A DNA stretch of 60,930 nt, counting the filler, from Asterionella formosa (lineage: Eukaryota): assembly GCA_002256025.1 (NCBI GenBank). It is 4 parts of 4 records of this genome, joined end to end, with 100 filler letters (N's around TTAATTAATTAA, not from the genome) between each part and the next. Parts side by side here need not be neighbours in the genome. Positions count along the whole stretch, not along the records: positions 1 to 15,201 come from NKIB01005566.1; positions 15,302 to 30,444 come from NKIB01005574.1; 2 more parts are not named here. One strand, 5' to 3'. This document shows, one piece after another, positions 11,883 to 25,041 of this stretch. Under the pieces are notes generated by a model that saw only the letters and a list, made by a program, of their open reading frames with translations, made no database searches and was not told where the DNA came from. Made by a program: the position numbers and the translations under genes. Positions within the stretch are counted from its first letter, which is position 1. Each line of letters opens with the position of its first letter.

Positions 11883-13907
11883 ATGGCTCGAGGCGAGAGT
11901 CCTACCTGGCAGTACAAGGTACGAACGATGTTGCCTGAAGCCTCACAAACTACTCCTTGCCCTATTCCCTAACAAATGTGAACATGAAAGGGTCCTGATC
12001 CTTCGCAGAAAGTGGATAGGGAGGGGCAAGGCGCAACATCTGATCACAACCAGTTTCCGCCCCTCACTGGAGAGTTTGCGATCCAACTAGGGAGTTACTG
12101 CCGGGCGCAAGTCAGCAATCTTGACACAGGCGAACCTCACGGACGAGCATACTTCGACCTTGGTCTATGCCATTTATTGGCCTATCAGCATGAAATGGCA
12201 TCCAAATGTTTCCTGGCCTCGTTGACCTTTTCGCCCGATTGTGCCCTCTCGCATGCGCTTGTGGCACTGTCCCACAGTCCAAATTACAATTTCAAAGGAG
12301 GTGCCTACTATGAATCGACGCATCATCCTGAGGAAATTGCAATGGACGACCGACTGTGCATTTTTCCGAGTCAACAAGTGGCTGATCGGCATTCGCGCAT
12401 GGCCGTTGAAAAGGTGGAAGAAATCCGAAAGTTGCGTCGCAAGCCAGGAGGCAAACGAAGGAAGGGAGGCAAGGGAAGAGTCAAGTCTACACCGAGAATG
12501 CTGTCAGACGAATCTTCATCGTCATTAAGTCAGCCCGACATGATCAGTGAAGTGGAAGCCCTGATAATAAATGCCATTCGCATCTTGACATGTAGCCCTG
12601 GCCTTAGCTCGGACTTGTCGGACGAGCTTGTCGGTAGGCCTTATGTAAATGCCCTGCGAAAGGTACATGAATTATACCCGGACGATGCAGAGGTATCGTA
12701 TTTTATGGCTGAGGCCCTGATGGTTTTGAATGCTTGGAAGCTGTACGAATATCCAACTGGTCGGCCGTTGTCGGATGATGTTGTTGAAACCCGGCATGTT
12801 TTGGAAGAAGCATTGGAAAAGCAGAGTGATCACGCTGGACTTTGCCATATGTATGTGCATCTTTCTGAAATGTCTTCCGATCCAAGCAAGGCCTTGCAAT
12901 ACTGTGGACCTTTACGGCAATCCTTTCCACATGCGGGTCATTTGATTCACATGCCCACACACATTGACGTTTTGGTTGGTGACTACGAATCCGTCATTCA
13001 TTGGAATTATGCAGCAATTTTAGCAGACGATCAGTTATCCAAGAGCTCACCAGACGCAGCAGGGCCAACATCATTTTATTTTGGATACTGCGTTCATAAC
13101 TATCATATGCTTGTCTATGGATGCATATTGGGTGGATGCGAAGCCAAGGCAATGGAAGTTGCAGTAAAGTTGAATCAATCCCTAAACGAGGACATGTTCG
13201 TCGAGAATTGTGACTTGGTAGCATACCTAGAGTCGTACTCAGCGCTAGAAGTACACGTCATGGTGCGTTTTGGTCGATGGAAGGAGATTTTGGAACTGAA
13301 ACCTCCTACTGATAATCACCTCATGCTATTCCGAGCAGCCTCCATCAAGTTTGCCCGAGGTCTAGCTTATGCAAGCTTAGGTGATGTGGAAGAGGCTAAG
13401 AAGGAGGCTGATAGGTTTGATTCACTTCGGAACAACCCCCTGGCACAGTCACGCATTCTGCACAACAACCAAGTTTCCGATTTGTTAGCCGTTGATGCAC
13501 CAATGTTGCGTGGTGAAATAGCCTACCGTGAAGGAAAATATGAGGAGGCCTTCCAGTTACTCAGAAAAGCGGTTGAGATGCAAGATAATCTCAACTATGA
13601 TGAGCCATGGGGGAAGATGCAACCCATTCGCCATGCACTTGGGGGGCTTCTACTTGAACAGAGAAATCTTTTGGAAGCAGAAGTAGTCTTCCGGGAAGAT
13701 TTGATATTTCATCCACGGAACCCTTGGGGCCTGCGAGGTTTGATTCAGTGTTTAGAAATGAAGGCCCTTGGTGGTCTTATAGGGCAAGTGGAGTTGGCCA
13801 ACCTGAATTTAGAAGTTTCAATACTTCACAAGCAACTTATCCAACAACGAGCATCTAAGTGGGCTGACTTCAACGTCACTGTTGCTTGTGAATGCTGCTG
13901 CCACTAG
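11883..13907 (+). CDS. TPR-repeat protein of the bacterial/fungal 'HL.HMP.HI ... YDEPW' type; intron 11919-12008
   Basis: Exon 1 MARGESPTWQYK splices in frame (GTACGA...CGCAG) to the 631-aa ORF. Motifs HAGLCHMYVHLSE, HAGHLIHMPTHID, NYDEPWGKMQPIRHALG and HPRNPWGLRGL. Confidence 0.85.
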
Positions 13908-14890
13908 CTAAGATAGTCAATCTCTTCATTTTATTTTTGGATTGATCATTTGAAAAATCAAAAGATTTCAGCACAATAAGTATGTGAAAATTTCTGCAAT
14001 TAGCCAACTACACTGATGCTTTCATGGGTTTTGGGCAAGCAAATATTTAAGGTTGCAGCCCTGGCTTAACCCTAGTTTGGAGAAAATGTTGCTAGGGTTG
14101 TAAAATGGCAGGGAACAAGGATTTTGTTTCTATGAATTCCCATGATATGAATGTCCATTTGAATAGCTGAATTAAATAGGAATTGGTGCCAGATTGATAG
14201 AGTTCCATTTTAAACAAACAAAAATGATATTTAAATGTCTTTATTATATCTACATTGCTGTATGTATACATAATTTTGTTCAATGCTAAAACACATAAAT
14301 AAATCGCAAGTATATCAATATGTAGGTATGTGCATGGTTCTTGTTCAAACAAAAGAAATGATGTCATTTATACGTTTATATTGAATCTACTTTACTGTAT
14401 GTACTTTCAATACTACTCTACGCCCAAAGGCATATACCAGCATATAAATCAGTGCCAGAGTACCAGTATAGTAACTATCTGGTACATAACCTTTGTTCAT
14501 GACAATGGAGACAGGATGAAAATAGTACTGATTTTACATACTGGTATGCAATACATCTAATACATGTGGTTCTAGTGTTGCTGGCTTGATTTTACAAGAC
14601 CTGGATACTTTAGCAAATCTGGAGCAGGTGAGTTAATTCAATTCAAACAATCAGAATATGTGTAGTGATATGGGAACTTACCCTTGAGTCTTTTCGGGCA
14701 GAGAATTATTCAGCAAAACATACCTATGCAAGACTCTAAGTCTATGAGAATGTTTTTGCATGTAACTGCTAGGCCACAACCTTGACATTTCTCTATGAAA
14801 TGTATGATGCGCCGCTACATCGAAGGTTTGTGCTGAGTCGTGTAGGTAATGTTTATACTGTAGCATCATACATGAGTACCTGTACCTGCA

Positions 14891-15002
14891 AGTTGCGGTA
14901 ATTTTGCTGAAACTAAATATTTAGCTCTCTTTATCCCATATTAAATTGTTTATTTTAGCAAAAGGTTGCTGAAGTTTTAGTTTCAGCACAATTGCCGCAA
15001 CT
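14891..15002. repeat. 112-bp inverted repeat (MITE-like hairpin) with about 35-bp arms
   Basis: AGTTGCGGTAATTTTGCTGAAACTAAA (14891) matches the reverse complement of TTTAGTTTCAGCACAATTGCCGCAACT (ending 15002). Confidence 0.8.
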
Positions 15003-15052
15003 ACCGGTAGCAGATACTGGTACCAGGTACCAGGGTACCTGGTACCTGGTAC
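15002..15052. repeat. (GGTACCW)n cluster
   Basis: TACCGGTA...TACTGGTACCAGGTACCAGGGTACCTGGTACCTGGTAC. Confidence 0.85.
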
Positions 15053-15080
15053 TCTTACTCCGGGCGTATATTATTACCGT

Positions 15081-15190
15081 ATACTTCATTGTCCTGGACC
15101 CCCCCTATGGTTGCTGGACCCCCCTGTACATTTTTCTCGAGGTGGAACCAAACACCCAATAATTTTCTTGTCATAGACAAAGTAACGTGC
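15081..15190 (+). repeat. Dispersed repeat, probably a transposon terminus; second copy at about 22549-22670
   Basis: ACTTCA.TGTCCT.GAC...GGACCCCCCTGTACATTTTTCTCGAGGTGG.ACCAAAC.CCCAATAATTTTCT...CATAGACAAAGTAA.GTG is shared by both copies. Confidence 0.85.
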
Positions 15191-15201
15191 TATATTTCTT
15201 T

Positions 15202-15301
15202 NNNNNNNNNNNNNNNNNNNNNNNNNNNNNNNNNNNNNNNNNNNNTTAATTAATTAANNNNNNNNNNNNNNNNNNNNNNNNNNNNNNNNNNNNNNNNNNN
15301 N
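15202..15301. other. Artificial contig spacer (N44-TTAATTAATTAA-N44)
   Basis: An identical 100-nt construct occurs three times in the window. Confidence 0.97.
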
Positions 15302-17154
15302 CATCAACCAAGACCAAATATGCTTTGGTCTTGATTGAGGATGACCCCCTTATTGACCAAATATCAGGTATTTGGTCGATTAGAGTCAGACCGTAGCCAA
15401 ACAAAGGAATCGTTTCTATTGGTCTAGATTATGGCTTGCACCGGCAACATAACATCAACTGTTTAATTGATCCACAAAGGCTTACAATACACATTTACTT
15501 TACTCTCTTGATGTAGACAAATAATAAACTTAAGTACAAATACCTTTGAATAATACTGGCAGCTATCTATAAAACAATCTCATGCATAAAATATGATATC
15601 TTGCTGAATGTTGTCCTTCAAGTCTTTGACAGTCCCAATCCCAATAAGATATCGTCATCCATTGGCGTCAAAGCAGGATGCCACATGAGTAGGAGCAGCA
15701 GCCAACGAGGACGATTCATCCTCCGTTTCAGACAAGACCAAAGTTGGATTATTTTGTCACTGTCAAGAGCAACAATCGATAGCGATGTGCGAGTTTTGTC
15801 AAGGCAGCATTGTTCCTCATGTACCATGATGATGTGTCATCATTGGAAGACTGCTACATGTCCCTGGCTAGTATTGATATCTCCTTCCCTTGCCTGCAGA
15901 TCAACATTATGCTCAAGTTTGCTCAGCATTATATGAAGTAATGCCATGGGTATATTGTAAAACAATTTACAGTGTCGATGGTTGATTAATCAGCTGAAGA
16001 ATTCAAAAAATTATCCAAGAGAGGAGTTGCGCCATTTAACAAAGGGCTTCACGCCAATAAAGGCAATGTCGTTTAAGGAACAAAGTGAAGGAGGGATTAG
16101 GTGTGATCCAATTGCATCTCAATAATTCAAGTGCTTCCAGTACTCCAATGTCCCACCTGTCATCCACCACTGGCACCTTGGTAGGCAATGGTGTAGCAGG
16201 CACGGGCGTTGGGGCTTTGGTAGGCAATGGCGTAGCAGGCACTGGAGGTTGCGATACAGTACCTACTTCATAAAAGACTTAAAATCAGCACCAAAGAGAC
16301 AGCCCTTGGCATACCCCTCAAAGATTTGAAGGTCATTATTTTCTTTATAGACGCCACCCAATTTAATTCCATTGGAGTATCTGTTGACGTTGTTGCTAGC
16401 TTGAAAAGTAACATTAAAGGCTTGCACATCGCCGATGATTTTGATGTAATAGATGATTCCAAATGAAGGAACAATAATATAGATTACATGTCGATGCTTG
16501 TATGATTGATTAGAAAAGTATCACTCTAGCTAATTGGAAAACGGAAGGGTTTTTCTATTCTAGAATACCAATATACAAATGCATAGTCATATTAGTTTTT
16601 GATGGGCAGTTTAGATAGGCGTAGTACTAGCTGCGTAAGGATAAGGAATTTACAGGAAATGTGATGCTACTAATATTCAAAAAACTACAGGTACAGACTA
16701 GCCAAGCGACTTCCTTTGATCCTCCGCCTCCTCCTTCGGTTGCCTTTTCTCGTTTTCTTCCTGTATATGTATAACCGTTATGTACGGAAGTGTAGGAGCG
16801 GTCTTCATCTGATCAGTCGCTATCTTATCGTTGCTCATTTCATCAGGCAGATATGTTTGAGTACCTTGGTACCATACACCACACAGTCCCATCATTTTCT
16901 TATTGATAGTAACTGGTACCGGTAATCTGGTTTACCAATAAAATGATACACATGCAACAACATTCTAGTGCAATTTCTATTCGCCAAAAGTTTCGGCGCG
17001 AGATTTGACTATTCTAGGATTTGGTCGATGTGGTGGGAAAAAGCATGAAAAATTCGACTATTGATAAAAAATACTCGACCAAGTGACGTGTATTGATATT
17101 TTCAACTGCAATTGGCTTTGGTATTTGGTCGATGCGGTGGAGATGATGCTCTTA
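15302..17154. mobile_element. Probable non-autonomous or decayed PIF/Harbinger element
   Basis: The right end reads TAA-GAGCATCATCTCCACCGCATCGACCAAAT on the minus strand (GAGCATCTCCA-like TIR plus TAA site, 17124-17154). GACCAAAT/ATTTGGTCGAT subterminal motifs occur at both ends (15302-15380, 17019-17135). The interior carries a 39-nt tandem repeat (PATPLPTK x2, 16178-16245). Confidence 0.6.
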
Positions 17155-19089
17155 TTACAGTCCCGAAGATTTAATAGTACATCAATCAATATGTCAAATG
17201 ACCCGTCTCGTGCATTGATATTTATTTCCTAAATGAAAATTGGTAGTCTTGTATGTAAAGGCACCAAGAAAATGCTTACCAGCAAGTTATTGATGTGAGC
17301 GAGATCTCATTCCACTGGTGCATCACCAAAGAAACCCTAATCTCTTGGAGCAGCTAGTAAGTCAGGAGGAGAGATAGACTAGGAGATTAATATTTAAAAA
17401 AAATTCAGTCTGAAAAACAAAACATGTTGTTAGTCACAGCATCCAAAACCTATTTGTACACCACAACAGCTCCATGTGATTGCAAAACTTTATATTTCTC
17501 TGGTGCCATTTTGACGCACTCCTACCATTCTCTGGCTCAATTCTTGCCTTATTGCTTGCCATCCAATAAGCTATCAACCTATGTATATGATATAGGTGCA
17601 GAAAATTTAAAATTGCCATCTACATTTCAAAAAAACATTTTTGGTTTTTCCCGATTTTGGCTTTTGGCCACCTCAAGCAAACAAATGGAGACACATGAGG
17701 CTCCTGTTTTGCCACCACCTATTCTAAACAAGCTTAGGAGGAGGGATTTGTCAGTACAAGAGAATCAATGGTTCTCGATAGAGTCTAAAAAGCTCCTAGT
17801 AGCACTCTTGACACCTAGAATGTACCCTTGACATAATATTGCCCTTGGGAGTCCCCCGTGATTTCTATTAATATGAGCTAGTAATATGCATATAGATACA
17901 CTAATCGTTAAGCTCATAATTACCAATTCACAACAAGAACCTACGTTAATCCTGACAACCCGCCCTAGGGCAAATAATATGATACCAGTACCAGCACTAC
18001 TAGAACTCCAGGTGCTAGACTACCTTGGTACCTGGTACGACTGTTGATAAACCCATCGTCATCCTCCGGGTTTCTCCGCCAAATTACCCAGAACCTAATC
18101 AAGCAAGCTAACCCTAGCCAGTCCACTCACTCACAAATTACTTAGTTCATCGATTTCCTTCACAACTGTCCTTTTGTGTTTTGAGTTCATCACTAACGAC
18201 TCCCTCTAGGCGAAGACAATTGCATCAATTCTTACAATTTCTCGAGGGCCATTTTGACTCCTAGGATTTTCTCCGGCTTAATTGCCCTCATCTGTGCCTT
18301 GCTCTACGCTACATATCCATGTATAATATCTATGTGGTTAATTCAAAATTGGCAACTACTATACAAAAAAGGTTTTGGACTTTTTCCATTTTCACTTAGA
18401 TAAGGCCATCTCGAGCAAAGCAAATGTACATGCATGAGGGCCTATTTTTTTCAAATCATCTATTCTCAACATGCATATGAAGGAGGATATAACAGTTGAA
18501 CAATGGTCACTTGTCTTCAATTATGATATGCACAACCGCAAAAGTAGCAATGATGGAAAGGAAGAATACAATGGTATGCTCGTTTTGATGACTGGTGCCA
18601 TTAAATATCCTGTGGCATGGCCAATGTAAATGTAACAACCATAGAAAATATACTGAACAACCTCCTGTCCTAAACTTACCATTAAGCTACTCAGCACTTG
18701 AGTCACTGCAAATTGAAACAGTTGTTTTCGCCCAGAGGGAGTACCAGGTATCAGTGACCAATAGACTAGACTACCTGTATACCATTGTATTATGTAATGG
18801 TCCACCAGGCACTACAATGAGCAGAGTGCCTTTGCTTTGTTCACTGACGAGTGAAACTAAAGAAATGAGATTCAAACTGAGGGACTAAATTAGCCCATGT
18901 CTTGGAATGGGGTATCATGTAGGCACCTAGAAGGAAACTCATCACCAACCTCTCTGATGTCTCTCATCTTTATATTCAGAGCGAACTGGTTTCAATAACT
19001 GGTAGTCTGTTTCGAATTCTTCTAAAACAAAGTCGATGCTGGGTGCCATCAAGCTGCCAAGTCTTCTAGTAAGTCACTTATTATCCCCA

Positions 19090-20155
19090 CTATGACACAG
19101 ACCCTTGCTGCACTGAGGCATCAGTTGACCCATACTGTGGGCCATACCTCATCAATGGTCCATTCTCGACACTCCTTTTCATACTATTTGACGACAAGTT
19201 CCTTTGAATGATCTGACCTTCAGCAGTCTTCCCAATCAAAGTTGGCGGAGTTCCCGCTGGTGGCGACTTGGGCTGTCGATTGGGGTGCATCATTATCAGC
19301 AACGAAACACTTGGAAGCAGCTCCAAGCATCCGTAATTCCACCACCAAGATTCATGTTTGGGCGGATCCACCACCATGCGGGCCAAAAAAACTGTCCTTG
19401 ACGCAAAAACAAAGATACAAATCACACAAGATGCAATCAATCGTAAGGCCAAGCCAGAGCGTCGGACTAGGGAGGGCCGCAAGATCGTCAAGAGCCGCGG
19501 TCCAAAGTAAATCAACGTTGCAAAGAGAGCTGCATAAATGCAGCAAAGTAGAGCAAAAAGTAAGATGCTCGCTGCATCATTCCAAAAGTAGGTGACACAG
19601 AGGATAGCATACACGGCGTATCCGGTCACTTGCATGACAATAGATGGTCCGGTATAAATAAGAGCACCAGAAGCAGTTCCCACCAACTGCACAAAAAAGG
19701 AAACCAGCAACACCCACGCAGATGCAAACGACAAGTATCCGAACGTGTCAGCAAAGAATTGAATGGTGAATTCAGCACCCGAGATCAAAACTGGTATAAG
19801 GGCGACTCGAGATAGCAAGGCGAAGAGGAGCAGTTTATAAAACTAAAGAAAGAAATAACAGGGCCGAGCAGTCAGAGAGTAAATGATACGACAAGAGAGG
19901 GACTGATGCAACGTCAAAATAAAATCTTACCATCGCTCGCGTTGTATCGCCACTGCTGGCTTCTCCAGTTCCTTGCTCAATGTCGGCTAACGTTCTTGCA
20001 GCCTTTCGATCTAAAACGACTTGATATGCACAAGCAATCGCAGCGATCAGATATCCACCCCAAAGAATTCCCCATGATACCAGATTATCGTCGTGCTGCT
20101 CCTGGATCGGTGTAGTCACTGTAACTTCCTCTGTTACTGTGTGCATTGGGATCAT
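19090..20155 (-). CDS. Multi-pass membrane protein, THH1/TOM1/TOM3-like (GPCR-type topology); intron 19843-19930
   Basis: TRAM|FYKLLLFALLSR spliced at GTAAGA...TTTAG. About seven hydrophobic segments; YGCLELLPS near the last TM. Confidence 0.75.
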
Positions 20156-20789
20156 ATTTATTTTGATTTATTTTCGTTTCAACTTCAATGTCAGTTGACA
20201 AAAGACTGAGAGCGAAGTTGTGAAGTCTCGTCAGGGATCTATCTGATGGATGCAAGCATAGTACAAAATATGAATCTACCGGTAGTCTATGTTTTGTATT
20301 ATTACCTGATGGTACCACCCCTGATAGCACTAAATAGTATCGAAGTTTACCACCATGTAGACCAGAGGTCGGTGAAAGTATACTGCAGTATTGGATACTG
20401 TCATTCTATATTCCAAATACCATTCTGTTCCAAAATCTTGCCAGTATAACTGGTCTAGCTTGCAAGCATACTGCTATGTGTGGGAATCTTCCAGAAAATC
20501 CGGCATGTCTTGTAAAGCATTGGAGAGCGAAATTCCGCTTCATGGTTGAGCTATTAGCCAAGCAACACCAACAATAGAAAAAAATCGGTATAACTACAGA
20601 AAAATCAGCGTTTCTGTGTGCGGTGTAGACTGCTGTAGACTGTAGATTGTACATAGTGCACCGCCCGTCACATCATCATCACTACATTCTTACCACAAAA
20701 ACTGCTAAATGCATGCAAACTTGTCAACCTCAGCCATCATGGCTTCAACTATCTCAAGATTTAACCAAGCAAAGAAACCTGGTTGATTT

Positions 20790-22360
20790 CTTTTTCAATG
20801 AGCATGATGGTCAAGGTGGTGGAGGAGATACTTTGTGCTGGTGCATGAAATGTCAACAAGACAAGAAGAAGTCAGGGGGTTGGACAAACCTTTTGGCGCA
20901 TCTGAAGGCTTGCATAGGACCAGAGTAGTAGCACCTCCGTGTGAAGCAAAATGTTCTTGCTTCATTCACTCCCTCAGTTAGTACTAGTAAACAAGAATCG
21001 GACACCATGTTCAGCTGGATCATGGAGTGGGTAGCCATCCAAAGCATGCCACTAACAGAAGTTGATAATGAAATCACACGCAAAGGGATATGCTATCATG
21101 GTGCCATCACCTCAAAGTTGCTTAGGAAAATGATTTTCTTGTTACAATCAGAGGTAAAAACAAAGAATTAAGGAGCAGCTACCCAACCAGCTGGTGCTAG
21201 TATTTGATGGATGGACAGAGGGGAATGAATATTTCATTGGAATTCATGCCTCCTACATTGATCCTATCAGCAACTTCGCTATTGAAACATTGCACTTGTT
21301 GTCAATGCATCCTCTACTTGCTGACTGCAGCAGACCATGTCTGTCATATCACCATGGCTCTTACACACTATGGGAAGACAGTGGACAACATTGTTTGCCT
21401 TGCTGGAGACAACTGCCCAGTGAGGAATCAAAGAAGCATGGCAAGAATTCTTAGAGTTCTTTTGTTGGGGAGTGCCTCACACAACTTTAACCTAGCTAGC
21501 AATCAAGAATTGGGTGATGGAACAGCCCAGTCTCCTTTGAATTATTATGAATCAAAGCATTTTGATGAAGAAGGCGGGAATGCTTAAAACTAAAACAACT
21601 CTGCCACTCTAAGACAATACAGTCCTCTTGTGACCATAACAAAATGTAACACAATGGTCATCTCAGTATACCATGATAAAACGTTTCTTTGAGATCAAAT
21701 AACCACCCCTTGAGAGGTTTGATGCTCTTGCTTCCTCTCTTATGCTATCTGCCTTGTGTGGAAGTGAGGGAGTTGCAAAGCAACGGCATTTCAGTACATG
21801 ATAAAGTTCAATCAAGAAGTCATAGTAGCACTCCAGAGACAGCAAGGAGTCACATCCCTGCAAGTACATGAAATATTTGATCATGTGCTTGAAACTAGCT
21901 AGTATCCCGAGTTCAAAAAGTGGTACCTTGCCATTCATGCACAAATTGTGCATGACAAACTGTTTGAGTTGGCTGTCATGAGGGTGAGGAGCTGAATGCA
22001 GAAGAGAGCAATAAAGTTGCAAAAATTAGGAAGACACATGCTTTACCTGCCAATGGTGCTATGAGTAATGATTCCTCTGAAGAATGTCCTGAAAATTTAG
22101 ATGGTGCTGTTTCTTCATAAGACCAACAAAACTATGCAGAATTGATTCAGAACAGGAGTAAACGTTGCAAGTTGGCTGTCTGGTCCATCACCAAGAATTA
22201 CATTTGTCTCGACCTCCTCATTCTTGGTATTTCTGTTAGCTAGTTGTGAAAGGCTTGTTTCCATTGCCATGCATATCCTTCCTTGTGTGAGGAAGTCAAC
22301 ATCACCTGCTGTGTTTGAAGCGATCCTATTTCCAAAAATTAATAGACATAACTGGAATAT
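20790..22360 (+). mobile_element. hAT-superfamily transposase pseudogene
   Basis: BED finger CMKC...GWTNLLAHL, WIMEWV...MPLTEVDN, catalytic FDGWT, AGDNC, GSASHNFNLA and dimerisation domain SCERLVS...FEAILF. Frameshifts and stops throughout. Confidence 0.9.
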
Positions 22361-22548
22361 GGTTGTGGTCGTTAAAGCAATGGTAGGACTATCACATTTG
22401 AGATGGATGATGATCAAGTCAAGTAACATGAAAGAACCAAAGCACTTACGTAGGTGCCATGATGCATTGCATGCTGAATCCTTCATTATAGGCGGAAAAA
22501 GTTGTCAACATTTTGATCCTTGTTCTTGTATGTACTCACAGAACCTGT

Positions 22549-24240
22549 TACACTTCAGTGTCCTAGACACCCCCCTCCCCCTATATGGTTGCCTGAGGAC
22601 CCCCCTGTACATTTTTCTCGAGGTGGTACCAAACGCCCAATAATTTTCTAGACATAGACAAAGTAATGTGTTAAAATTCTGTTTGCCCTCGTTGGCATTT
22701 AGCTAGCTGTGACTTCGCAATTACTTTGTTAACAACAAGGAATGAAAAGGCGACAGAAATAGGCACAACTCCAAATGCAGAAACAGGAAAAACGACTGCA
22801 ACAAGGAATGAAAAGGCGATAGCAGGCACAGCTCGAAATGCGGAAACCGGAGCAACGGCTGCAACAAGAAAGAATGAAAAGGCAGCAGTAGGAGGAACAA
22901 CTCGAAATGCGGAAACCGGAACAACGCAATTAATGAAAGGCAAGGCTACAGTAGCAGTCTCAACTCCAGTCGATATGGAAACCGGAACTGCACCAATTTG
23001 TTTCAAGAGATTGATTGTGGCACAGAAAACTTGCTGCAGTCTTCTCCCACAGGCAACTCAGTCATAGGTACAGTTTGCAGTGATGCAGAGCCACCTTGAC
23101 TTCAATGTCATAACAATTTACGATGGACTCAATGTAGCTCTCAATATCTGGTTCCACCATATCACCAATGTGCTGAAACAAGCAAAGCTAATTGGAAGGA
23201 TTTCTTTGCCAACTTTCCATTCCAAGCAATGGTAAAACAGAATTTGAACTGGTTACAGATGAGAATAGCTGGATCATATCAAAGTTAATTGTTGTACATC
23301 AAAAAGATGGGAATTATTGTGGCTCAAAAGCTTGCCTTGTCCTGTGTTTGCTCAATTTTTGAACCAGAAATTGTAAACATTTCAGCTGATATTTCTCCAT
23401 ATAATTATCACTCCTTTGCGTGGTGCTGTAACAAGGTTCAAGGAAATGGTCAATTGATTCCATGCTGAATCAATCTTACCAAGTGTACTACATGATATGT
23501 TTCAACACAGCAAGTGGATGAAGTGATGCTAAATGAAATGGTAGCAAGGACATCATAACTTCATGGGAATGAGAACAGATATGAAAGCAAGACATGATAT
23601 GGAAAGCAGAGCAGTTAAAGAATCTCCCATCAAATCAATTAAATGCAAGACAAAAACATAGACAATATGTTAAAGGAAAATGACAGAAGAATCAAAGCAA
23701 ACACTACATAAAAGGCAGACATGTGCAATCAAAGTGAAAGGCAACGCACTAGTATTGGATCAATAGTTACACTTGAAATGGGGACTACAGAGCGAGATGT
23801 AAGCAACCCACATGGAATTCCCTCCATTGCTTGTGTTTGCCCTATCAAACTACAAATGAACTTTGACAAGGAATACAACCAGTAACTGATCATGGAATTG
23901 CATGTTCTGGAAAAGGGAGAAATGAAAAGATAAACATTATCCCTCAAGAAAGATACATTTTCCATCCAAATACAGTATTTCACCATTTTTGAATGAAAAG
24001 AGAGACTCAATACAAACTTGATGGAACTTTCACTAGTGAAAATCTTAAGAAAAATGAGTATGCAGCAATCTCATGCTTTTGTGTTATCCTCAAGCTAGCA
24101 AGTCAAAACCAAGGTGTAAGTGTATAAAAGAATGCACAAAGCAATGCTTGTGGATGTATCAAGGAAAAGCACGGTTGCAGTGTGTCTTGCAAATGTTCTG
24201 CAAAATGTAAAAAAAATTCAACAAGCAATTATCAGTAATA
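22549..24240 (+). mobile_element. Decayed DNA-transposon-like element with a C-terminal Cys-rich (CXC) domain
   Basis: Begins with the terminal repeat shared with 15081-15190. Degenerate coding sequence ends in GCKCIKECTK/CGCIKEKHGCSVSCKCSAKC (about 24112-24210), reminiscent of Ginger/TDD-type integrase tails. Confidence 0.5.
22731..22925 (+). repeat. Three imperfect tandem units of about 63-69 nt (encoding TRNEKA...RNAETG)
   Basis: AACAAG..AATGAAAAGGC...AAATGC.GAAAC.GGA repeated three times. Confidence 0.85.
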
Positions 24241-24317
24241 ACTAGGGAACAATACGTTTCATAAGATTTTTTGTCATATGAAAATCTGGTGAAACAGGTG
24301 TGTAGAAAACTGTGGTG

Positions 24318-24419
24318 AATACAGTAATGATTCGATAATGCCTCATGCTAGTATGGTTTATCTCATCAAATACAGTAATGATTTGATAATGCCTCATGCT
24401 AGTATGGTTTATCTCATCA
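24318..24419. repeat. 51-bp tandem duplication
   Basis: AATACAGTAATGATT(C/T)GATAATGCCTCATGCTAGTATGGTTTATCTCATCA x2. Confidence 0.95.
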
Positions 24420-25041
24420 TAATTTTCATCGGTATAATGCATACTAATATCGGTAAATGTACTGGTAGGCGTATTGAAAAAAAACCGGTATATCAGGGGT
24501 CGTAATGGTGATTGTCTTACCCGTAAAAACATTAAATTATAATTCCACTGCCTCCGACTGGCCTTGAAATTTTTTTTGTCGACTCGAAAAAGATAGCCGT
24601 GGCTTCTGATCATAGGTATTATCGGTACCGGTAGTAAATTCTGCTGATTTGGATGTCATTACGTATGACGGAACATATCGACGTAAGATTACACCTATGA
24701 CATTCTCAATGGAATGCTCCCTATAACCTACTGCCTTACGTACATTCTACAGTGTGTGTACATCAAGATTTAGAGCGCAGGTACATGTACTTACATCATA
24801 TCATAGTAACTTGATTTCAACTGATTGTATCCTAAGTAGTTTTGTGCGAGCATCACCTGAAGGATCATACTTAACGAGAGAGTGCTGTGAAAATTTGACA
24901 CCGACCGCGTAGTCGTCACAGAATTCGCTACACCTGCAATGGATTCAAGAAAAAGAACAAATCCCAAAAATTGCACGGTGCAACATAAAGTGTACATCCA
25001 TTGTTTTCCTGTGTTCTCCCCTTCCTTCCGACCCTAGCACG

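Noticed and set aside
17300..18900. Possible transposon relic or genes in this AT-rich interval
   Set aside because: Short ORFs lack recognisable motifs, and no paired termini could be identified.
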